NCBI GenBank assembly: GCA_003510345.1
Contig: DOMW01000201.1
Span: 1-33,121 of the forward strand
DNA: 33,121 bases
Direction of reading: 5' to 3'
DNA from: Clostridiales bacterium
GTDB taxonomy: Bacteria > Bacillota > Clostridia > Christensenellales > Christensenellaceae
The notes under the pieces are model-generated. The model did no database searches. It was given only the letters and a program-made list of their open reading frames with translations, and was not told the DNA's origin. The position numbers and the translations under genes are program-made. Positions 18,362 to 27,300 of this stretch are shown piece after piece (the stretch's first letter is position 1; the number at the start of each line of letters is the position of its first letter).

Positions 18362-19264
18362 TCACACGCCATACCGCTTCTTCAATAGCGCGAGCCCGGC
18401 GGAAACAGCCGGGTTGCCCGCCATGCGCCAAAGCGCCTGTTTCTTTTTGCCCGCTTCGCACACCGCCGTATAAAATTCTTGCCGGTAGTCTCCATCCAGC
18501 ATCACAGGGTTTTGCACGTCGCCCCGTTTTACCATGGCGTAGACGTCCAGCCACACCATACGGTTTTCCCGCAGCCCTTCCTTTTGCAGCCGTGTGAAGC
18601 TGTTCTCGCCGTGCAGCCGGTAAAGGTAGGCCGTTTCGCCTATGAACGCCGGTTCGGCGCGGAGGCAGGCCCGCAGGAAAAAATCATAATCGTGCACATA
18701 TTTATAATTGCGGAATCCACCAAGCTCGGTGTACAGTGTTTTCTCAAACAATAGGTTGCCCGTTGAAACAGCTACGTTTTCCGCCACGGCGGAAAGGGCC
18801 GTAAAGCGCTTACCCGCGATATGGCGCTGTATGCTTTCAAACGCCCGCGCTTGCGCCGTGTCAAGCCGGGCGCCGTCTTCCCCAATGCAACGGACGGCGG
18901 AAAAGGCAAACCGCGCGTTCTCCATTTTTCCGGTCATCAGCGAGAACCTGTCGCGTTCATACAAGTCGTCAGCGTTCAGTATCGCCACAAGCCGCCCCGA
19001 AGCGCGCGCTATGCCTTCATTGATCGCCGCATGCGCGCCGCTGTTTTCACTGTGGAAGATGGTTTTCACGCCGCCCGAAAAGCGACACTCATATTGCTTT
19101 GCCAGTCGTTTTATTTCTTCCGCGCTGCCGTCTTTTGAAGCGTCGTCCACAATAACAAGTTCCAGGTTTTCATACGTTTGAGCCGCAACAGATGAAACCG
19201 CCTGCGGCAAATAGCGCTTGTAGTTGTAGGAGGGGATCACCACCGAGATTACACAATCTACCAT
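18362..19264 (-). CDS. Family 2 glycosyltransferase (last gene of the rml operon)
   Basis: N-terminus VVIPSYNYKRYL...LELVIVDDASKDGS is the typical GT2 signature. The start lies 1 nt after the rmlD stop. Confidence 0.85.
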   Translation of the reverse strand: MVDCVISVVIPSYNYKRYLPQAVSSVAAQTYENLELVIVDDASKDGSAEEIKRLAKQYECRFSGGVKTIFHSENSGAHAAINEGIARASGRLVAILNADDLYERDRFSLMTGKMENARFAFSAVRCIGEDGARLDTAQARAFESIQRHIAGKRFTALSAVAENVAVSTGNLLFEKTLYTELGGFRNYKYVHDYDFFLRACLRAEPAFIGETAYLYRLHGENSFTRLQKEGLRENRMVWLDVYAMVKRGDVQNPVMLDGDYRQEFYTAVCEAGKKKQALWRMAGNPAVSAGLALLKKRYGV

Positions 19265-19265
19265 G

Positions 19266-20108
19266 TTAAAGCTCTTTCAAATACCGCGCGAGTGCGTCGC
19301 TGTAATGCGGCAGTGGCGCAAACCCCGCCTGCGTGAGCGAAGAAAGCGAAAGGCGCGAGTTTTTGGGGCGCACGGCGGGCGTTTTGTATTCCGCCGTCGT
19401 CACAGGGTGCACAGCCACAGCAAGCCCCGCCGCTTCAAAAATCTCGCGGGCGAAACCATGCCATGTCGTGCAGCCGGAATTGGGCGTGTGGTATACGCCG
19501 TATTTTTTGCTTTGCAATATTTCACATGCGATGTCCGCTACGTCGCGGGTATAGGTGGGTGCGCCAAATTGATCGCATACTACGCGCACTTCGCCGTTTT
19601 CCTTGCCAAGGCGCAGCATCGTTTTCACAAAATTGTGCCCGTTTTTTCCAAACACCCAACTAATGCGCAGTATATAATACGCGTCCAGCGCTTCCTGCAC
19701 AGCAAGCTCACCTTGATACTTTGTTTTGCCATATTGGTTTTGCGGGTCTTTTTTGTCGCCTACTTCCCACGGTTCTTCCCGGGAAAACCCATCGAATACA
19801 TAATCGGTGGAAAAATACAGCATCTCGGCGCTCACTTCGCGGCAGGCCCGCGCGATGTGCCTTGTGCCGTCCACATTCACCGCCGCGCACAGCCCGGGTT
19901 CTCGCTCGGCTTTATCCACGGCGGTGTACGCCGCGCAATGGATCACATGCGTGGGCGCGTATGCCCGGATGGCGGCAAGCACAGCCTGCTTGTCCGTAAG
20001 GTCAAAATCCTCTATATCCACGCCTTTGTTCTCTATGTTAAGCGCGGCAAGCTTTTCCGCGATATCATGGCCGAGCTGGCCGGCCACACCCGTCACAAGA
20101 ACTCTCAT
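19266..20108 (-). CDS. rfbD: dTDP-4-dehydrorhamnose reductase
   Basis: The internal ATG at 20108 gives MRVLVTGVAGQLG (Rossmann motif) and overlaps the rmlB stop (ATGA). The ORF table extends to 20192. Confidence 0.88.
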   Translation of the reverse strand: MRVLVTGVAGQLGHDIAEKLAALNIENKGVDIEDFDLTDKQAVLAAIRAYAPTHVIHCAAYTAVDKAEREPGLCAAVNVDGTRHIARACREVSAEMLYFSTDYVFDGFSREEPWEVGDKKDPQNQYGKTKYQGELAVQEALDAYYILRISWVFGKNGHNFVKTMLRLGKENGEVRVVCDQFGAPTYTRDVADIACEILQSKKYGVYHTPNSGCTTWHGFAREIFEAAGLAVAVHPVTTAEYKTPAVRPKNSRLSLSSLTQAGFAPLPHYSDALARYLKEL

Positions 20109-21124
20109 CGCCCACCATACATTTTCTCGTAGTAGTCTTTGTATTCGCCGCTGATGATGTTTTTCCACCACGCTTCGTTCGCGAGATACCACGCCACAGT
20201 GCGGCGGATGCCTTCGTCAAACGTAGTCTCCGGCCGCCACGAAAGCTCGTCCATCATTTTTTGGGGGTCGATGGCGTAGCGCATATCGTGCCCCGCCCGG
20301 TCCTTTACAAATGTGATCAGGCTCTCCGGCTTGCCGAGTTCCTTTAAGATAGTTTTCACAACTTGCAGGTTTGTACGCTCGTTGTGCCCGCCGATGTTGT
20401 ATACCTCACCCACGCGGCCATCCGCAAGGATCCTTTCTATGGCGGCGCAGTGGTCTTCCACATATAGCCAGTCGCGCACGTTTTCGCCCGTGCCGTAAAC
20501 GGGCAGGCTTTCATTCGCGAGCGCGCGGGAAATGATCAGCGGGATCAGTTTCTCGGGAAAATGATACGGCCCGTAGTTGTTGGAGCAGCGCGAAATGGTT
20601 ACGGGCAACCCGAACGTCCGGTGATACGCCTGCGCTAAAAGGTCGGCCCCCGCTTTGGACGCCGAATAGGGCGAGGAAGTGCAAATAGGCGTCTTTTCGG
20701 TGAAGAATAAGTCGGGCCGGTCTAACGGCAGATCGCCGTACACTTCGTCGGTGGAAACCTGGTGGAAGCGCTTTGCGCCGAACTCCCGGCAGGCGTCCAT
20801 CAGCACCTGCGTCCCCAGTATGTTGGTGGAGAGGAACAGCCCGGGGTTTTCTATGGAGCGGTCTACATGCGACTCCGCCGCGAAGTTGACCACCACATCG
20901 AAGTTCTCTTCCCTGAACAGCTTAAACACCGCGTCCCGGTCCGCTATATCCGCACGCACAAATTTAAAACGCGGCGTCCCCATCACGCCCGCGAGCGTCT
21001 CGAGGTTGCCCGCGTACGTCAGCTTATCCAGCGCCACGATATCGTAATCCGGGTGCTTTTTACGCATGTAGAATATAAAATTGCCGCCGATGAACCCGGC
21101 GCCGCCTGTTACCAGTAACTTCAT
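20105..21124 (-). CDS. rfbB: dTDP-glucose 4,6-dehydratase
   Basis: MKLLVTGGAGFIG plus the YSASKAGAD catalytic YxxxK motif. The ATG at 21124 is preferred over 21139 because of the GGAAAG upstream. Confidence 0.9.
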   Translation of the reverse strand: MKLLVTGGAGFIGGNFIFYMRKKHPDYDIVALDKLTYAGNLETLAGVMGTPRFKFVRADIADRDAVFKLFREENFDVVVNFAAESHVDRSIENPGLFLSTNILGTQVLMDACREFGAKRFHQVSTDEVYGDLPLDRPDLFFTEKTPICTSSPYSASKAGADLLAQAYHRTFGLPVTISRCSNNYGPYHFPEKLIPLIISRALANESLPVYGTGENVRDWLYVEDHCAAIERILADGRVGEVYNIGGHNERTNLQVVKTILKELGKPESLITFVKDRAGHDMRYAIDPQKMMDELSWRPETTFDEGIRRTVAWYLANEAWWKNIISGEYKDYYEKMYGGR

Positions 21125-21148
21125 GCTTCGTCTTTCCATTTCTATATG

Positions 21149-21694
21149 TTAAAAATTGATATCCGAATCTTTAAGAAGCGGCGCGTTCCTGTCTTTATCG
21201 GAAAGCACCGGGTCTTCAATACCCCAGTCAACGCCTATATCCGGGTCGTTGTAGCGAATTGACCTGTCGTGCGCGGGCGAGTAGATGGTATCCACTTTGT
21301 ACTGGATCTCCACATCGTCCGTAAGCGTCACAAACCCGTGCGCAAACCCCACCGGAATAAAGAACATCGCTTTATTTTCCGCGGAAAGCTCCACGCTTAC
21401 CCATTCACGGTAGGTGGGCGAACCCGGCCGAAGGTCTGCCGCCACATCGCGTATCGCGCCGCGCGTGCAGCGTATGAGCTTGCACTGCCCCATCGGGGCA
21501 AGCTGGAAATGCAGGCCGCGCAGCACGCCTTTTTTAGCGGAATAGGAATGGTTGTCCTGCACAAAATCACAGTCGATGCCGAGTTCCTTAAACTTTGGTT
21601 TGCTGTACGACTCCATGAACCAGCCCCGGCTATCGCCATGCACATCCGGCTTTACGATCATCAAGCCGTCAATATCTGTTGTGTATCCATCCAT
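21149..21694 (-). CDS. rfbC: dTDP-4-dehydrorhamnose 3,5-epimerase
   Basis: The internal ATG at 21694 ([16 protein letters not shown]...HGDSRGWFMESY) shares one base with the rmlA stop (TAATG). The upstream part of ORF 21149..21913 overlaps rmlA and is not protein-like. Confidence 0.88.
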   Translation of the reverse strand: MDGYTTDIDGLMIVKPDVHGDSRGWFMESYSKPKFKELGIDCDFVQDNHSYSAKKGVLRGLHFQLAPMGQCKLIRCTRGAIRDVAADLRPGSPTYREWVSVELSAENKAMFFIPVGFAHGFVTLTDDVEIQYKVDTIYSPAHDRSIRYNDPDIGVDWGIEDPVLSDKDRNAPLLKDSDINF

Positions 21695-22578
21695 TAAATA
21701 AGCGCCCTTCCTTCCGCTAAATCTTTCAAGTACGCGCCATACGGGGATTTCCCGTATGCGGCGGCGCTTTCTTTCAATTGCGCCATGTCGATCCACCCCA
21801 TGCGGAACGCCGCTTCCTCGGGCGCCGACACCACAATGCCCTGCCGCCGGTGCAGCGTCTGCACAAAATCCGCCGCGTCGAGCAGCGAATCGAACGTTCC
21901 CGTATCGAGCCACGAAAAACCGCGCCCCATCACTTGTACGTCAAGTTCGCCGCGCTCAAGGTAGATGCGGTTCAGGTCAGTGATCTCAAGTTCGCCGCGC
22001 GCGCTGGGTTTTAGCTGTTTGGCATATTCCACTACGCGGCTGTCGTAAAAATACAGGCCGGTGATCGCGCAATCGGACTTTGGTTCTTGCGGTTTTTCTT
22101 CCACCGAAAGCGCCTTGCCGTCTTCGGAAAACGCCACAATGCCAAACCGCCGCGGGTCGGCCACGCGGTAACCGAACACGGTGGCCCTCCCTTTTTTCTG
22201 GTTTTCCGCCGCGCGCTTCATCAGGGCGGCAAGCTCGCTGCCGTAAAAAATATTGTCGCCCAGTATCATCGCGCAAGGCTCGCCGCCAATGAATTCTTCC
22301 CCCAATATAAACGCCTGCGCCAGCCCATCCGGCGAGGGCTGTACTTTGTAGGAAAACGAGACGCCAAACCGCGACCCGCTGCCCAGCAGTTGTTCAAACC
22401 GAGGCAGGTCTTGCCCAGTCGAGATAATCAATATGTCGCGGATACCGGCCTCCATCAGCGTGCACAGCGGGTAATAGATCATGGGCTTGTCGTAGACGGG
22501 CAAAAGCTGCTTGCTTGTCATGATCGTAAGCGGGTAGAGCCGCGTTCCCGATCCCCCCGCGAGTATAATCCCTTTCAT
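21694..22578 (-). CDS. rfbA: Glucose-1-phosphate thymidylyltransferase
   Basis: [18 protein letters not shown] at the internal ATG 22578, which overlaps the stop of the upstream GT2 (ATGA). Confidence 0.9.
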   Translation of the reverse strand: MKGIILAGGSGTRLYPLTIMTSKQLLPVYDKPMIYYPLCTLMEAGIRDILIISTGQDLPRFEQLLGSGSRFGVSFSYKVQPSPDGLAQAFILGEEFIGGEPCAMILGDNIFYGSELAALMKRAAENQKKGRATVFGYRVADPRRFGIVAFSEDGKALSVEEKPQEPKSDCAITGLYFYDSRVVEYAKQLKPSARGELEITDLNRIYLERGELDVQVMGRGFSWLDTGTFDSLLDAADFVQTLHRRQGIVVSAPEEAAFRMGWIDMAQLKESAAAYGKSPYGAYLKDLAEGRALI

Positions 22579-23438
22579 TTGCGCACCCCCAATTTCCGGT
22601 CCTGCCCATCTGCCGCGCACATTTTTTCATCTTTGCGCCATTTCATGAAATACTTGCACATCGAAGCGATATGGATAGACAGAAACTTGAATTTTTTGGC
22701 GCTTGCACGCATGTAGTCGTGGTAGACGACCACTTCGGGTACGCGCACCACGCGGGCGCGTTTTCTGATAGTGCGGGATAGATCCGCGTCTTCAAAGTAC
22801 AGGAAATACCGCTCGTCGAACCCCCCTGTTTCCCTTAAAAGCTCCGTGCGCGCAAACATAAAACAACCGGACGCAAATTCGATATCCGTCACGCCCGAAA
22901 GGTCTTCATCCTGCATACAATAATGGCGGCGGTGTTTTTCCATGCTTTTTATGGGCAGCCGCCGCGCAATCAGGTATTTCAGTTTAGGGTCGCGCTTGGG
23001 CAGGTTTTGCGGCTTGCCATCGAGGTAATGGACGGCGGGGATGCAAAGCCCCACGTCCTTGTTTTGCTGCATAAACCGATGAAGCGCGGTGAGTGCGTCT
23101 GAGCGGAGGATAATATCCGGGTTTACCACGGCATGGTATTCCGAATCGATTCGCTTGATCACAAGGTTGTTCGCGGTGCCATACCCGAGGTTGCGGTCGG
23201 AAAACACGATGCTGATGGAAGAAAACTCGTTGGCGATGCGCTCGGCGCTGCCATCGGAAGAGGCGTTGTCGATCACATAGACTTTAGCCTTCACCCCGCG
23301 CGTCTGCTCCATGATAGAGCGGACAGCCTCCCGCGTTCTGAGGTAATCATTGAAATTCACAATGCCTACCGTCACATCATATTTCAAAAAAAGCCGCCCT
23401 CCATTCCTGCGCTGATTCATATAGTATACCAGTAACAT
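22575..23438 (-). CDS. Family 2 glycosyltransferase (first gene of the rml operon; rhamnosyltransferase-like)
   Basis: [12 protein letters not shown]...[14 protein letters not shown]2 signature. The N-terminal 94 codons of ORF 22575..23720 are not protein-like. The start is taken at ATG 23438 (23420 is also possible). Confidence 0.75.
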   Translation of the reverse strand: MLLVYYMNQRRNGGRLFLKYDVTVGIVNFNDYLRTREAVRSIMEQTRGVKAKVYVIDNASSDGSAERIANEFSSISIVFSDRNLGYGTANNLVIKRIDSEYHAVVNPDIILRSDALTALHRFMQQNKDVGLCIPAVHYLDGKPQNLPKRDPKLKYLIARRLPIKSMEKHRRHYCMQDEDLSGVTDIEFASGCFMFARTELLRETGGFDERYFLYFEDADLSRTIRKRARVVRVPEVVVYHDYMRASAKKFKFLSIHIASMCKYFMKWRKDEKMCAADGQDRKLGVRK

Positions 23439-23774
23439 GCGCTGTTTTCCACTTTTTTTGTTGAAGTTGCGCAAATGGCGGCATAATATGTTACATGTGG
23501 CAGGTATCCGGTTTATTAATAGGATGGAAATAAAGCAGGTTCTAAGCAGTGGTTGTCTTGGTATGGGTAGCGTAATGACGCTAAAAAGCCCAGTGTTTTC
23601 AGAGAGGGGAGTGGCCATTTTGCATGAATTATTGTTTTCGCAACATAGGCGGCATAGGTGTTGGGTCGTCGGGCGGTACAGATTTCTTATGTTGATGTGT
23701 TCATCGGTTCCATACAACATTGCTTTTTATCATACAAGATACTATAATACTGTAAAGCTCCTGAGTTTATTACT

Positions 23775-24596
23775 ATGCGAGGTGCGCAATTGCCGGATAA
23801 AACGGAACCAAAAAAGAAGAGACATGTGGTGACAAATATCATCATCATTGCGGCAATTGCCGTGCTGGTGTATTCCCTTTATAATATCATTTACATTGTA
23901 GGGTCGAACACGGAAAGTGCTAATATCTACAGCGGCCTGCGCAGTTATACCAGTGTTTTGAACACGGAGACGGGCGCGGCGCCTTCCGCAGAGGGCGGGC
24001 TTACCGCAAGCGGCGGGCTGGACCTCGTCGTTGATTTTGACGCGCTGAGAACGATGAACGAAGAAACCGCCGCGTGGATCGTTGTGCCCGGCACAGAGGT
24101 CGATTACCCCGTAGTGCACACGGATAACAACGACTATTATTTAAACCACGCCGCCGACGGGACGGAAAACAGGGCGGGCGCTATTTTTATAGACGCGCTG
24201 AACGCGCCGGATTTTTCCGACCAGAATACGATCGTATACGGCCACAACATGCAGTCGGGCGCGATGTTTGCAAGCCTGCATGCGTTTGAAGACACGGCGT
24301 TTTTCAATGAACATACGGATATCTATGTGTATACGCCGGACGGAAACAAGCGCACCTACCGCATCTTCTCCGCGTTCCAGACAAACGCCATAGGCGATAC
24401 CTACACGATCACGTTTGCCGACGAAGCCTCCTTTGATCAATATGTCGCGGACGCGCGCGCTAAATCGACCGCGCCGACGGATGTGGAGGTGAAGAGCACG
24501 GACAAGGTCATCACGCTTTCCACCTGTATCCGGGGGCTTTCCACCAAACGGTATGTAGTGCACGGCGTGCTTGTAGCAAATGAGCCGGTTCTATAG
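23775..24596 (+). CDS. srtB: Class B sortase
   Basis: N-terminal membrane anchor, TIVYGHNM (catalytic His region), ITLSTC (catalytic Cys) and a C-terminal R-containing strand (RYVVHG). A candidate promoter TTGCTT-N17-TATAAT ends near 23748. Confidence 0.82.
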   Translation: MRGAQLPDKTEPKKKRHVVTNIIIIAAIAVLVYSLYNIIYIVGSNTESANIYSGLRSYTSVLNTETGAAPSAEGGLTASGGLDLVVDFDALRTMNEETAAWIVVPGTEVDYPVVHTDNNDYYLNHAADGTENRAGAIFIDALNAPDFSDQNTIVYGHNMQSGAMFASLHAFEDTAFFNEHTDIYVYTPDGNKRTYRIFSAFQTNAIGDTYTITFADEASFDQYVADARAKSTAPTDVEVKSTDKVITLSTCIRGLSTKRYVVHGVLVANEPVL

Positions 24597-24625
24597 AGCT
24601 ATATTCTGACTGCCAAAATCTGCGG

Positions 24626-24654
24626 TTGACTTACCGAAACATCTATTATATAAT
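24626..24654 (+). promoter_or_regulatory. Sigma-A-type promoter for tRNA-fMet
   Basis: TTGACT (24626-24631), a 17-nt spacer, then TATAAT (24649-24654), about 28 nt upstream of the tRNA 5' end. Confidence 0.6.
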
Positions 24655-24682
24655 ATATTACGTTGCGCAACGCAATAGTTGC

Positions 24683-24759
<77 letters not shown>

Positions 24760-24770
24760 TAATAACACAG

Positions 24771-24803
24771 GGCTTTCGGAGGAATCTGGAAGCCTTTTGT
24801 TTT
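24771..24803 (+). terminator. Intrinsic terminator after tRNA-fMet
   Basis: GGCTTTC (24771-24777) pairs with GGAAGCC (24788-24794), with one G:U pair, and is followed by TTTTGTTTT. Confidence 0.7.
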
Positions 24804-24845
24804 ACTTAATACTATAAATGATAAGTTTTATCGATGTTAGCTAAC

Positions 24846-25388
24846 TCACACTGGTGTTGTCTTCTGCTTCAGTAAATTATAATCTGGCAGGCCGGGTAAA
24901 TATTTGTAATTTTCTAACAGCTTTTTTTCTAGCGTCATTATCATTTCCTTGGAAGCAAGACCGCTTTCTCTAATTTTGATGATAGATAGGTATTCCTCTA
25001 AAAATTTTCTTATTTCATCAGATGAGACATTACTGGAATCATAATTAAATACCAGTTTAGCCACTGTTTTTCTTCGACTATCATCATATCGTTCAAATTC
25101 AATTACAGGATTTAATGATTCTATTACTGAAATAAGGCTGATTGCAGGATTTGTTTTTACGGTGTTTCCGCATAACCAGTCTATCGATACATCTAAAGCA
25201 GCAGCTAGCTTCATTACAGCACGCACATTTGGAAGCTTTTCAGCCTTAGATGGAGATGGATTCTCAAAAGAGGATATTGTTGAAGCAGCCACATCCGCCA
25301 AAGCAGCCAATTCTTTTTGAGTCATGCTTGCATTACCTCTTGCTTCTTTTAAATTTTCTGCAAATATATGTTTTTTATAATCAGCCAT
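24846..25388 (-). CDS. XRE-family HTH protein (phage/ICE repressor-like) with an uncharacterised C-terminal domain
   Basis: N-terminal HTH (MTQKELAALADVAASTISSFEN). AT-rich codon usage unlike the flanking core genes. Confidence 0.75.
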   Translation of the reverse strand: MADYKKHIFAENLKEARGNASMTQKELAALADVAASTISSFENPSPSKAEKLPNVRAVMKLAAALDVSIDWLCGNTVKTNPAISLISVIESLNPVIEFERYDDSRRKTVAKLVFNYDSSNVSSDEIRKFLEEYLSIIKIRESGLASKEMIMTLEKKLLENYKYLPGLPDYNLLKQKTTPV

Positions 25389-25565
25389 AAATCAGTTCCC
25401 CTCTATCTGGAGTAATGTTATAAAATGAATTATACAATACTATATCGTGTATGTAAAGCATTATGGTGGATAATATCTAATAAAATATATACAATGCAAA
25501 ATAGTGTACTTTGCTCTGCTTTTGACATATAATTCAACTATCACATCGAACGGAGGATTGATAAT

Positions 25566-25947
25566 GTGACAAAAGAGACTGCAACATTAAGCGTAAGCCA
25601 ACTAGCACAACACCTTAACATTGGTATGAATGCAGCGTATGGTCAGAGAAATGATCATCGAGGATGTAAGCAGGATTGGTGCAGAGATAAAAGAATTAAA
25701 AAATCAGCTTGAGATTGAACAGGCGAGGCGGTATACAATATCAGAAGAACAGATTGTGGAGGCCTTAACAAAATTAGCTGATGGGGATGTAAATGACTTA
25801 ATCTATCGCAAGTCGTTGATAAAGATGCTTGTAAATAGAATTTTCCTGTATGATGATAAATTTACGATTACTTTCAATTCGGGTGACGAAGAGGTTACAA
25901 TTACCGATGTTTTACTGGCCGAGATAAAAAAAGGCTGTAGGGGGTAA
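25566..25947 (+). pseudogene. Chimeric remnant: 5' part of a small excisionase/MerR-like HTH gene joined out of frame to the C-terminal end of a large serine recombinase
   Basis: GTG at 25566 with GGAGGA 8 nt upstream encodes TKETATLSVSQLAQHLNIGMNAAYG and then runs into a stop. ORF 25630..25947, in another frame, encodes a coiled-coil plus the ...IFLYDDKFTITFN tail typical of the extreme C-terminus of large serine recombinases. No catalytic domain is present. Confidence 0.5.
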
Positions 25948-26143
25948 AAGTGATTGTTTATCAAATAATTTGTGTGGATATCACGTTCAACCCGTTCGCC
26001 CGTTGTTAGTCCATTACCGTTACAAAAACCGTAGCAGATTTCCCATGTGTTCTTTCCGCACCGTGTATGGTAGAATCATTCTATACCATACGGCCAAGCC
26101 GTTTGCGCACAACCACGCTTTTACTATCGGGAGGGGAACCGAA

Positions 26144-26536
26144 ATGAAACAATATACCACCAATTATATTAATACGTTTATTGAAATCGCTGAAGATTGT
26201 CTGGCGCAGGCGGCGGAAGTGCCGCCGCAAAAGGAACCGAAAACGGCGGCAAGAATTGAATATGATATGCTGATTGACAACCCGTATCAAAACACCTCGG
26301 ACGATGTACTTTTCGAATCGAACGGAAAACGCAGAGGCCTCAGCCGGGAGGACTTCTTCGCAAAGGGGCAGCCATGCTTTCGCGCTTCCGCGCTCACAAA
26401 GAAATACGGTTGGGGTGTACACAGCGATAAAGACGGTAAAATCGCTATATTCCCGGTAGGTTCCGCCGCATATCAAAGCTTAACGGCAGACACAAGTATA
26501 AAACATCTCAAGGCGATGCGTTCAAGTAAGAAGTAG
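26144..26536 (+). CDS. Small conserved hypothetical protein (resembles the DUF6157-type family from memory; family name uncertain)
   Basis: The ATG at 26144 is preceded by GGGAGGGG. It begins MKQYTTNYINTFIEIAEDC. The upstream part of ORF 25970..26536 is not protein-like. Confidence 0.6.
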   Translation: MKQYTTNYINTFIEIAEDCLAQAAEVPPQKEPKTAARIEYDMLIDNPYQNTSDDVLFESNGKRRGLSREDFFAKGQPCFRASALTKKYGWGVHSDKDGKIAIFPVGSAAYQSLTADTSIKHLKAMRSSKK

Positions 26537-26631
26537 GGTTTACATTGCTGATTGTACTAACATAATCCGTTCTTTAATTGCTGTGCCCAATACACCTGTA
26601 TAATCATCTGTAGAAAGGATGCCGCACACCC

Positions 26632-27243
26632 ATGAACAGAACATCCGCACCGGATAGCAAAGCGTTTTCGGCTATTCGGGATATCCTCAACAGCATATGC
26701 CCCGTGCCCGGCGACCAATTCGCCGCCTTTTGCGCGTTGCTGCGCCAAACGCGCTATGCCAAGCATGATTTCTTTGTGCGGGCGGGCGAGCGCAAGAGCG
26801 AGGCGGGTTATGTGGTAAGCGGCTTATTCAGGCTGTTTTACATAGACCACAAGGGCAAGGAATACACTAAAAACTTCATGCCGCCCGGTCATTTTGTCGC
26901 ACCGTATAATTCCATATTGCGGGGCGAGGCGTCCAACCTCTATATTCAGGCATTGAAGGACTCGGTTGTAGTGACGTTCGATTATAACGCCTGCGCGGTG
27001 TTGGCGAGCGATCACATTTGCTGGCAAACGATACTGAGAAAGATTACAGAAGGCGCGTACCTCCAAAAAGAAAAACGTGAATCCGACTTGCTGTTCTACG
27101 ACGCGGAAACACGCTACGCTAATTTCATGCGCGAATTTCCCGATTTGGCGAGAAACATCAAGCAGCAGCATATCGCGTCATTTCTGGGTATGTCGCCCGA
27201 AACGCTGAGCCGCATCAAACGAAAAATTGATACAAATCTTTGA
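26632..27243 (+). CDS. Crp/Fnr-family transcriptional regulator
   Basis: cNMP-binding-like beta-roll region (FFVRAGERKSEAGYVVSGLFRLFY) and a C-terminal HTH (QQHIASFLGMSPETLSRIKRKI). Confidence 0.8.
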   Translation: MNRTSAPDSKAFSAIRDILNSICPVPGDQFAAFCALLRQTRYAKHDFFVRAGERKSEAGYVVSGLFRLFYIDHKGKEYTKNFMPPGHFVAPYNSILRGEASNLYIQALKDSVVVTFDYNACAVLASDHICWQTILRKITEGAYLQKEKRESDLLFYDAETRYANFMREFPDLARNIKQQHIASFLGMSPETLSRIKRKIDTNL

Positions 27244-27300
27244 CATAAATCAAGGAAAGTGTGCTCCAATTGCGTTAAGATAATGCAAAGGAGTGATGTC

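Noticed and set aside
23672-23679. GGCGGTAC, resembling the ops/JUMPstart element GGCGGTAG, near the polysaccharide operon.
   Set aside because: It has one mismatch. It also lies on the plus strand, which is the wrong orientation for the minus-strand rml operon, and upstream of the predicted sortase promoter.
25970-26143. The N-terminal 58 codons of ORF 25970..26536.
   Set aside because: The composition is not protein-like. A strong GGGAGGGG site precedes the internal ATG at 26144, where the conserved sequence begins.
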